Both the position numbers and the translations under genes were made by a program. The notes below the pieces were generated by a model. The model saw nothing but the letters and a program-made list of their open reading frames with translations. It was not told the origin of the DNA and did no database searches. A DNA stretch of 64,000 bases from the NCBI RefSeq assembly GCF_964204645.1, contig NC_134028.1, forward strand, positions 24,672,345-24,736,344, given 5' to 3'. Positions 27,301 to 39,300 of the stretch are shown here, piece by piece (position 1 is the first letter of the stretch; each line of letters opens with the position of its first letter). This DNA comes from Tubulanus polymorphus. Lineage: Eukaryota > Animalia > Nemertea.

Positions 27301-30300
27301 AACTAATAAAGCCATCATCTCTAAGCTTGATTATCAAGTGGTTTTCAGGTCACAACTATCAGTTCAGATGTATAAAATATCAGATTGGAACGTCTTTAAT
27401 CCATTGATTCAGATTTCTAATAACGAGTCTGGAGCGCTCATTCCTGATGACAACAGTTTACATGTAATAACTCGATCAAAACATTTACACTGCTGGTCTA
27501 TCACAGTGCAGGTGTTACAGTACGTAGTCTTCAACTGGACACATGCACTCAACACATCCAATGACGTCATTGGTGTATATAAACTAGAAGGGTTACGCGT
27601 TGTTGGAACTGATATTTTACTCGGTTACAACTACCTGGAATCACTGAGTGTTAAATCTGATGGCTTTCTTGTGATATTGTGCATTCTTACCAGACCGAAC
27701 ATCAAACCATCAATCTTGAGAATAGATTTCAGGATGACACCAATGTCGATATCAAATCTACCCGTCACCAAGTACACGGTAAGTGCATATATAATTATGG
27801 GGAAAATAGTTGTTTCAGATTTTACCCAGTGATAACCTTTTTTTTTAAATTTCCTCAACCAACTTAGCACCACACAGTACATAATTAGCAGGTTCGATTT
27901 TTCCTTTCCCAATGGGGAGAGAGACCAGAGAAGAACCATCGACCTCTCTGTCGCTGCCAGTATTCCAACCGATAAACTGTGGACTGTGACCGTACGCGGC
28001 CACTTCACCTCACCCAGCGATTATTCATTATAGTTATATTACATTTATTATATTACATATATGTCCGTTTAGCCAAGTAAAGCGCATCTAACTCATCCAT
28101 ACTCTACCGTATCTTCCTCCACACTACGAACAAAATTGTCATCTAAGGCTAAAAAAAATTGATACCTTGTTTCTCCGCTCTGCTGAGCTTAAATGTCTAT
28201 CTACCCTATACATTACTTGTTTTAAAATCGTGATCAATTTTACCATAACAGACCCGGCCGCTATAGAAATGAACTGTTTATAAATTTTATCATATTTTAC
28301 AAAAATGACCCGGCCGCTGCGGAGAAACAAGGTATCATTTTTGTTTAGCCTAAACATCAAATACAATAATATTATTTCTGTATTCATTGTAGATTCGTAG
28401 CCTCAATCCGCTATTCATACGTTTCTCGCTGCCTGCACGGCCGAAACGGACTCTAGAATATAGCATCAAAGCATATGATTCGAAATGGAAAATGGAAATC
28501 CATGATAGTGAACTGAAATTACCAATGCTATCTGCGAACTGTGAGCGAGCTGGATTTTACATATATGATGGTGGAAATTTCACAGCTAGACGCTATGGTC
28601 CGTATTGTCCCAACTTATCATTACTCGATTATCGACGAAGTCTGGTTAATATGATTACATCAGGCAGCTCAGTTATCATAGTAGGATATATTCAAGGGCG
28701 CCAAAGCCACGACTTCGGCACGGGCAGGTTGGTGATACGTGCGTCACCTAACTGTGACGGCTACACTCTGCGGGAAGGAGAACACAAGGTGACAGTGACA
28801 TCAAACTGTATCAGGCTAACACCCGAAAACCGCGGCGTTCCATTACATGCAATTCATGTATTATCAGCGTATGAATATGAATTCAACACGTGTTGGCCTG
28901 ATCACTTATACGAATATTCCATGTGTAGAGTTAATATGCTTGTACGTGCCCAGCGTCTCAACAACAGTCTCGTACTAACCACAGTGTCATTCTCGGATGT
29001 CCATTTGTTCGTAAGACGCGCGTACATTGTTGATTTGAGACGTACTTGTCAAACATTGAGGAGACATAACACACCAATTGACCGGTGGAAGATTAGTAAA
29101 AATGACTGCGGAATCGTACAGTCACCAAACTATCCAAGATCAGTTAGAATTCCACAAGTTATTATCACCTACAGCATCAAGTTCATATGGAACACAGGCC
29201 TGATCCAATATTACCGATTTATTATAAAAAATATGAGCACGACGGCATGCATCAAGCCACATTCAGGGTCAATGGACTCTGTTATATATTTAGAGACAAT
29301 ATCGGAAGCAAGTAAAAGCTCTGCGCAGCACGAAAGAAAACTATGCGATACATATAGACAAGGAGTTATATTTCACAGCTTGGGGGAAACATCGCTGTTT
29401 TTCGAGGTGAAAGAGGAAATACCCATATTCCGCATACAATACATTTTAGAGAAACAGTCACCGAAGAAACAGCATGATAATGTCTGTAAAATAGGATTTC
29501 TAGATTCGGGAATTTCATGCGTCAAATACATCAGAGATGAACGTCTGAATTGGGAGAATGCTGAATTGTACTGTAGGCAGAACTACGCGGGACATCTACT
29601 CAGTATCAACTCAGAACAGGAAATGATTTCTATTAAAACATTGTTAGCTACAAAACCTTTGCTCAATCAGGCGTATTCAAGAAAAGCGTTCGTAATGATG
29701 ATTGGATTGAAATTAAAGGTAAGATGCCATATTCTAAGTCATAAGTGTATAACAATATTAATGTGGAAAATGTGGTTTAATCTAATCCTCATATTTTTTT
29801 CTAGCTCGATACTGGTTATTACACGTGGACTGATGGGAAACCACTGAGCTACACAGAGTGGTTTAAACCTACAAATAATGAAACAATACCAGACGTTATT
29901 CAAGGATTGATATCTCCTCTTAGAAAACAACCGATAAATGACGTCAATATGCCGTGTACGGCGATGATACTGAATAATCCACGAGGATCGGCGAACTGGG
30001 TTCGATTCCCCTGCAAGATTGAAGAAGTTCATGCAAGTTTTTTCTGTGAATTGGAAAGAATTGATCTCGAGAATTCAACAGTAGTAAATGAAAAAGTAAC
30101 AGACAAAATATCAATTTCAGGAAACAATGTCACTATTTCGATAGATGAAAATATATTGCGAGTCGCTGGTTTCAGTGATTCAAGATGTACGATTGGTTGG
30201 ACAAGCATAAATAAAAGGTGCTATCAAATACTGACAAACTGGAACAAACATCGAGGTTTAGATTTAAAAACTGCCACAGAGATGTGTCATGGCGTCAATG

Positions 30301-33300
30301 GTGAAATTGGTTTTGCAATAACCAGTAACATAGAAACGGAAACTATGAATCTTATAAGCTCATTTCACTATCAATATCAATATAGCTCTTTACTTATGAT
30401 GACTAATGACAGTTTGCAAGTAGTAAAACCAGTAATCACTAGACATGAAATCACTTATATCCAATCAGTTAAATGGATGATGAAACAGTTTGATAATGCG
30501 AAAGATTCAGCGCATTCTGTTTTGTGTTCGTACAATGTAACTGACGAAGAGTTAACTTCTATAAGCGGTTGTAAATCCTGGCAGTTTGAATGTAACGATC
30601 AAAGATGTATCAGCGACCATCGCGTATGTGATACCAGACACGACTGTCAACACGGTGAAGATGAACTCAATTGTACGGATATAAATCTACGTAATCACTT
30701 CCGTTGTAACGATGGTCAGGTCGTATCAATAAGTGGTTTCTGCGATTTCATACAGGATTGTGTTGATGGTTCCGATGAGAACTTGTGTTTTCATCCCCCG
30801 TGTTTGTCCCAACAATTCCGCTGTGCTAGCGGTCAATGTATCAGTAGTTCGAACAGATGTGACGGGGAAACTAACTGTAAAGACGGTTCTGATGAAATAG
30901 GATGCTCCGCTCAACTGTGTCAGGGATTCCTATGTAACAGTGGAGATTGTATCAGTTCTCAGTTGTATCAGGATGGTGTTGTGGATTGCACTGGAAGCCT
31001 TGAAGAAGATGAATTATTAACAACTACTAATGTTATAATGAATCCTACGATTCAGTGCAATAATGAGAACCGATGTACGGCTAACTTCACAAATCTCTGT
31101 ACAGAATCTGATGAACAAAGGTGCTCTTTTAATTCTCCACATTGCTATTCTAGACGCCACAGATGTATATTAGAAAGATTAACAAATGGTTACCCAGTTT
31201 GTAGGAATCTTGAGCATATATTGAGATGTGGAGAATTTGAATGTCCAGCTGGAACTGTTAAATGTCCAGCATCGTACTGTATACCAATAAGACAGGTGTG
31301 CGATGGTCGATCGGATTGCCCGAATTCAGAAGATGAGCAAAATTGTGAGACACTTTTATGTCCAGGAATGTTTACATGCGGTCAGGAAAATCGATGTATT
31401 CCGCAATCTAACGTTTGTGATGGTGTTGTGCATTGTAAACATACAACTGATGACGAGGCTTTCTGTAATGTCACATGTCCGAGAGGCTGTAAATGTCAAG
31501 GTCAATTGGTTGATTGTGAACATATTGGCTTATCAAATATTAATCATCTTTTTTCAGCATCAATTCGAATTCTCATGTTAGCAAATAACAAAATTATCTT
31601 GGACAAGTATACATTTGTTTCATATGTTTATCTTCATATACTCAACATCTCATTCAATGAATTGTCTTACATTTTACCAAACTCATTCCTAAACCTGCAT
31701 AATCTTCATTCATTAGATCTTACACACAACAACATAACAGCATTGTCCACAAACACATTCAAGGGTTTGTATAATCTGAAAAAGTTACTGATAACTGAAA
31801 ATCCATTAAGCCATTTACAAGATGACACTTTTCAAGATTTAAAGTCATTAACAATTCTTGATCTCCAAGGCCTTTTCTTATTGGAGCTTGGTAGAAATGT
31901 ATTTAGAGGTTTATCTACACTGCAGACGCTAAATATCAGCAGTAACAGAATCCATCGTATTTCGCTTTATGCCTTTGCTGAATTAACTTCACTTGAAACC
32001 CTTGATATAACCAACAACTACAAGGTTATTTCTGTCGATAGAAAGGTCTTTGACAACCTGACATCATTAGCATTTCTGATGTCTGATGCTTACAAATTTT
32101 GCTGCATGGCTTCGAATGTAGACCAGTGCCTTCCTGAAGCCGATCAATTTTCAACCTGTTCTGATCTGATGGGTAACACAGTCCTAAGAGTTATCATATG
32201 GGTCATTGCTTCATTCAGTTTTTTCGCTAACCTAATAGTCATTTCCCTTCGTGTTCAAGCAATTCGATCCTCCCCCTTAAATCCATCATCAGACATCATC
32301 ATCATTAATGTTGGAGTATGTGATTTTATGATGTCTGTATATTTGTTTTTGATCGCTGGAGCCGATTACGTTTATAAAGGTAGCTACTTTCTGAAATCAG
32401 AATCATGGACGGGTAGTTCGTTGTGTAGTCTCGCCGGAGTCGTGGTCTCCATTTCTTGTGAAGGATCACTGACATTTTTGCTCATCATGACACGTCATAG
32501 ATTCTCAAATATTGTTAATCCATTTTCTGGAAGCCTGATTGCATCTCCGAGATATGTATCCATCATTTGCTGTATATGTTGGATTGTCTTGTTCATTATT
32601 GCATTACTACCATTTTTGCCACTACCTTACTTTGGAAGCAACTTCTATGGTACCACGGGAGTATGTTTACCTATGAATTTAATTTCAATTGATGTCAACG
32701 CCTGGCAATATTCATTTGCTATCTTTTCCTTGTCGAACGCTACAATACTTGCAACAATAATGGCGACATACGCGCAAATGTACAGACTTGTATCTGGAAG
32801 CAGGTCTGGTTCGGGTAGAGCTGATCCTACCGAACTGATTTTGGCACGCAGGAGTTTGGTGATTAATCTGTGTAATTTATTTTGCTGGCTGCCGTTAATA
32901 ATCGTTCAGTTTTGCGCGGTTTTTCGGGTAGAAATACCGAATCAGGTGGCGGCTTGGCTGGCAGTACTTTTCTTACCAATTAACTCATCCCTAAATCCTA
33001 TTCTTTACACCATACTGACTATTGATATGAAATCCATACGAGCAAAAACTAAACGCCGATTACATCAACTGAACAAATAAACTGGTATCTAAGCATTATA
33101 GAGATGTAAATACTCCCAGTAAATCACGTTTCAATTTTATTTTGTTGCGAGGATACGACAGTCGTTATCAATATCTAGATCACAGACATTTCATATTCCT
33201 CATTCAGAATATCCACTAAAAGTAATACATGAAATCTCATTATACGTATATTGATGATACAAAGTGATAAACAATATAAAGAGAATGCAGAATAATAATG

Positions 33301-36300
33301 AATACTGAAATTAGCTGAAGGCAATAATTTCGTTATTTAAGCTACGATCACACAAGCTTTTTTGGCCCGGGCCAAAGCAACCTCTAAAAGCATTTTCCAT
33401 TGAGAGTTTTAAGAAATCAAGGAGTCATAGGGACTCTGGTCAATCAACAACATCAATATTGACACAAAAGTTGACTTTTTTTCTGCACACCCATTCGAAA
33501 AAATTGCCTCTGGATAATGAAGCAGGATAAAGTCACTAAAAATCAATTGTATGACGTTGAGATTTGAAATGAAATTTCATTATGTTCAAATTCAAGAATT
33601 CACAAAATGGTGGTTTTTCTCTCTTAAAATTCACCTCGACTAAAGGAGACTCTTTGCCAATCCCTTTTATTGGAACAGAATTGGAATAATATCGAATATT
33701 CAGTTGTTGTCCACGATATTCATTGTCATGTTAAGAGCTAAATGAGTAATGAACCCCAAAAAGCAAAATATCCCAGAAAAACTGGTCTCATCATGATCAA
33801 TTAAGCTTACACATGGAATAGGCCTACACCAATTTGAAATTATAAATAAATCTCTTTTGTAATATGCCCACAATGGGGGACCTGAACACCAATATCAGTT
33901 TCACCCAGTTATTGAATCCAAAATCTAATAGCCTTTCAGCAGTTTTATTTGAACTGGTTGAAATGATTAGCTGTCAAAAAGTTATAGTTTTTAATTTCTA
34001 TATGTTTATGGTCCATTCAATCGTGGACTCTAAAACGATTTTCGTTTTAGAGTCCATGATTCAATGCAATGACCACATTCTGAGGTCACTTAGAATCTCA
34101 TATGTAAGACTGGTGTGTTACTACTTAAAATGATGTGTTCTATACAGGCATCGTACATCAGTGAAAATATTAAAATATCATATGATAGATTAATATACAA
34201 AAAACCTGGAACGAAGTGAAAATAATTTGAACATCCTTAAAATATAATTAGACATCGATATTACTGCGATGCATGGAAACATGAAAACAAAAATGCTACC
34301 TGTAGATGGTAATTACTGCAGGGAAGCTTGTTATTTTCGAAATCGAAAATTCTAATGACTACCAGTAATCAGATGTTACTTTTCGCAAAGACCAGTTAAT
34401 GTTGGATTTTGCAACTGCTGAGGGAAGCAAATAATTCAAATCAAATGTTAGTTTATCCAGTTAACATTAGTGGAGGCAGGACTTATGCCTGGTGTCACCA
34501 ACCGAGCAGTGAATTTGAATAGTGAAGGAATTTCGTACATTGTTGAAGTTGCTTGTTATGGAGCACCGACTGAGAGCGTCGCTTATAGCGTCACTGATCG
34601 TCTGTCAAGTTCTCATCACACACGCTGATCATGCAGACTCTATCAACGAAATGTCTGTGACAGTCAGTTCCTCTTGTAACAACACGTGGTACCAAGTCGA
34701 TTCTACGTCCGGTTACATCGTTTCACCGAATTATCCGTCATTAACGCGCGGTGTTGAATGTCACTGGTTCGTCAACAGCTCTTTATCGGGAACTTTTCAC
34801 GTTCAAGTTCATCACGATATCGAGCCGTCGATATTCTGTAGTGATAGCTACCTTCTCGTCTATGAGTCTGATAACCTATTGTGCGGTGAAGGAAAACGTG
34901 AAATCCTCCAGAACAATTCCATTTCGTTTATGTTTAAAAGCAACGTCAATGGTGCGCAGGGTAGTTGGGTTTATATTATATATCATTATGAACACAGCCA
35001 TTTGCAAATTAGTCATAACTGCAGAACACATAATCTCAGATTGAAGGAATTACTAACATCGAAGGGATACAAATACAGTATAAACAGGCTACATATTTGT
35101 CAGTTGTTTCTAGAATGGATCGGGATGCCTGATGGTTTTGCTATGAACTTGACATTGAGTGGGATAACTATAAAATCAATTCCATCTGCTGATCCAGCGA
35201 CTACTATTGTTAAAATCCACGATGGATGGAACAGCAGCAGTGAACCAATAGCTCTTATACAGCATCAAATCGGACATCCACCTTCATCCTTTCATACTAA
35301 AACTAATAAAGCCATCATCTCTAAGCTTGATTATCAAGTGGTTTTCAGGTCACAACTATCAGTTCAGATGTATAAAATATCAGATTGGAACGTCTCTAAT
35401 CCGTTGATTCAGATTTCTAATAACGAGTCTGGAGCGCTCATTCCTGATGACAACAGTTTACACGTAATAACTCGATCAAAACATTTACACTGCTGGTCTA
35501 TCACAGTGCAGGTGTTACAGTACGTAGTCTTCAACTGGACACATGCACTCAACACATCCAATGGCGTCATTGGTGTATATAAACTAGAAGGGTTACGCGT
35601 TGTTGGAACTGATATTTTACTCGGTTACAACTACCTGGAATCACTGAGTGTTAAATCTGATGGCTTTCTTGTGATATTGTGCATTCTTACCAAACCGAAC
35701 ATCAAACCATCAATCTTGAGAATAGATTTCAGGATGACACCAATGTCGATATCAAATCTACCCGTCACTAAGTACACAGTAAGTGCATATATAATTATGG
35801 GGAATATATGTTTCAGATTTTACCCAGTGATTATCTTTTTTTTAATTTCTCAACACACTTAGCACCACACAGTACATAATTAGCAGGTTCGATTTTTCCT
35901 TTCCCAGTGGGGAGAGAGACCAGAGAAGAACCATCGACCTCTCTGTCGCTGCCAGTATTCCAACCGATAAACTGTGGACTGTGACCGTTGGCTTAAACCA
36001 CGCGGCCACTTCACCTCACCCAGTGATTATTCATTTTAGTTATTAAGTAAAGCGCATCTAACTCATCCGTACTCTACCGTAACTTCCTCCACACTACGAA
36101 CAAAATTGTCATCTAAGGCTAAAAAAAATTGATACCTTGTTTCTCCGCTCTGCTGAGCTTAAATGTTGACCCGGCCGGCCGCCTATCTACCCTATACATT
36201 ACTTTTATTTAAATCGTGATCAATTTTACCATAAAAGACCCGGCCGCTATAGAAATGAACTGTTTATAAATTTTATCATATTTTACAAAAATGACCCGTC

Positions 36301-39300
36301 CGCTGCGGAGAAACAAGGTATCATTTTTGTTTAGCCTAAACATCAAATACAATGATATTATTTCTGTATTCATTGTAGATTCGTAGCCTCAATCCGCTAT
36401 TCATACATTTCTCGCTGCCTGCACGGCCGAAACGGACTCTAAAATATAGCATCAAAGCATATGATTCGAAATGGAAAATGGAAATCCATGATAGTGAATT
36501 GAAATTATCAATGCTATCTGCGAACTGTGAGCGAGCTGGATTTTACATATATGATGGTGGAAATTTCACAGCTAGACGCTATGGTCCGTATTGTCCCAAC
36601 TTATCATTACTTGATTATCGACGAAGTCTGGTAAATATGATTACATCAGGCAGCTCAGTTATCATAGTAGGATATATTCAAGGGCGCCACTTCGGCACGG
36701 GCAGGTTGGTGATACGTGCGTCACCTAACTGTGACGGCTACACTCTGCGGGAAGGAGAACACAAGGTGACAGTGACATCAAACTGTATCAGGCTAACACC
36801 CGAAAACCGTGGCCTTCCATTACATGCAATTCATGTATTATCAGCGTATGAATATGAATTCAACACGTGTTGGCCTGATCACTTATACGAATATTCCATG
36901 TGTAGAGTTCATATGCTTGTACGTGCCCAGCGTCTCAACAACAGTCTCGTACTAACCACTGTGACATTCTCGCATGTCCATTTGTTCGTAAGACGCGCGT
37001 ACATTGTTGATTTGAGACCTACTTGTCAAACATTGAGGAGACATGACACACCAATTGACCGGTGGAAGAATAGTAGAAATGACTGCGGAATCGTTCAGTC
37101 ACCAAACTATCCAAGATCAGTTAAAATTCCACGCATTATCCTCTACAGCATCGACATCAGATGGAACACAGGCCTGATCCAATATTACCGATTTATTATA
37201 AGAGATATGAGCATGACGGCATGCATCAAGCCACATTCAGATTCAATGGACTCCGTTATATTTTTAGAGACAATATCAAGTAAAAGCTCTGCGCAGCACG
37301 AAAGAAAATTATGTGATACATATAGACAAGGAGTTATATTTCACAGCTTGGGGGAAACATTTCTGAAGTTCGAGGTGAAAGACAGAATACCAAAATTCCG
37401 CATACAATACATTTTAGAGAAACAGTCACCGAAGAAACAGCGTGATAATGTCTGTAAAAGAGGATTTCTAGATTCGGGAATTTCATGCGTCAAATACATC
37501 AGAGATGAACGTCTGAATTGGGAGAATGCTGAATTGTACTGTAGGCAGAACTACGCGGGACATCTACTCAGTATCAACTCAGAACAGGAAATGATTTCTA
37601 TTAAAACATTGTTAGCTACAAAACCTTTGCTCAATCAGGCGTATTCAAGAAAAGCGTTCGTAATGATGATTGGATTGAAATTAGAGGCAAGATGCCATAT
37701 TCTAAGTCTTAAGTGTATAACAATATTAATGTGGAAAATGTGGTTTAATCTAATCCCGATATTTTTTTCTAGCTCGATACTGGTTATTACACGTGGACTG
37801 ATGGGAAACCACTGAGCTACAGTGAGTGGTTTAAACCTACAAATAATGAAACAATACCAGACGTTATTCAAGGATTGATATCTCCTCTTAGAAAACAACC
37901 GATAAATGACGTCAATATGCCGTGTACGGCGATGATACTGAATAATCCACGAGGATCGGCGAACTGGGTTCGATTCCCCTGCAAGATTGAAGAAGTTCAT
38001 GCAAGTTTTTTCTGTGAATTGGAAAGAATTGATCTCGAGAATTCAACAGCAGTAAATGAAAAAGAAACAGACAAAAAATCTATTTCAGGAAACAACGTCA
38101 CTATTTCGATAGATGAAAATATATTGCGAGTCGCTGGTTTCAGTGATTCAAGATGTACGATTGGTTGGACAAGCATAAATAAAAGGTGCTATCAAATACT
38201 GACAAACTGGAACAAACATCGAGGTTTAGATTTAAAAACTGCCACAGAGATGTGTCATGGCGTCAATGGTGAAATTGGTTTTGCAATAACCAGTAACATA
38301 GAAACGGAAACTATGAATCTTATAAGCTCATTTCACTATCAATATCAATATAGCTCTTTACTTATGATGACTAATGACAGTTTGCAAGAAGTAAAACCAG
38401 TAATCACTAGACATGAAATCACTTATATCCAATCAGTTAAATGGATGATGAAACAGTTTGATAATGCGAAAGATTCAGCGCATTCTGTTTTGTGTTCGTA
38501 CAATGTAACTGACGAAGAGTTAGCTTCTATAAGCGGTTGTAAATCCTTGCAGTTTGAATGTAACGATCAAAGATGTATCAGCGACCATCGCGTATGTGAT
38601 ACCAGACACGACTGTCAACACGGTGAAGATGAACTCAATTGTACAGATATAAATCTACGTAATCACTTCCGTTGTAACGATGGTCAGGTTGTATCAATAA
38701 GTGGTTTCTGCGATTTCATACAGGATTGTGTTGATGGTTCCGATGAGAACTTGTGTTTTCATCCCCCGTGTTTGTCCCAACAATTCTGCTGTGCTAGCGG
38801 TCAATGTATCAGTAGTTCGAACAGATGTGACGGGGAAACTAACTGTAAAGACGGTTCTGATGAAATAGGATGCTCCGCTCAACTGTGTCAGGGATTCCTA
38901 TGTAACAGTGGAGATTGTATCAGTTCTCAGTTGTATCAGGATGGTGTTGTGGATTGCACTGGAAGCCTTGAAGAAGATGAATTATTAACAACTACTAATG
39001 TTATAATGAATCCTACGATTCAGTGCAATAATGAGAACCGATGTACGGCTAACTTCACAAATCTCTGTACAGAATCTGATGAACAAAGGTGCTCTTTTAA
39101 TTCTCCACATTGCTATTCTAGACGCCACAGATGTATATTAGAAAGATTAACAAATGGTTACCCAGTTTGTAGGAATCTTGAGCATATATTGAGATGTGGA
39201 GAATTTGAATGTCCAGCTGGTACTGTTAAATGTCCAGCATCGTACTGTATACCAATAAGACAGGTGTGCGATGGTCAATCGGATTGCCCGAATTCAGAAG

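Noticed and set aside
26513-33080. Treating the three long + strand ORFs per unit as three separate genes
   Set aside because: Phase-0 splice sites join them, and the CTLD is split across intron 2, so they form one receptor.
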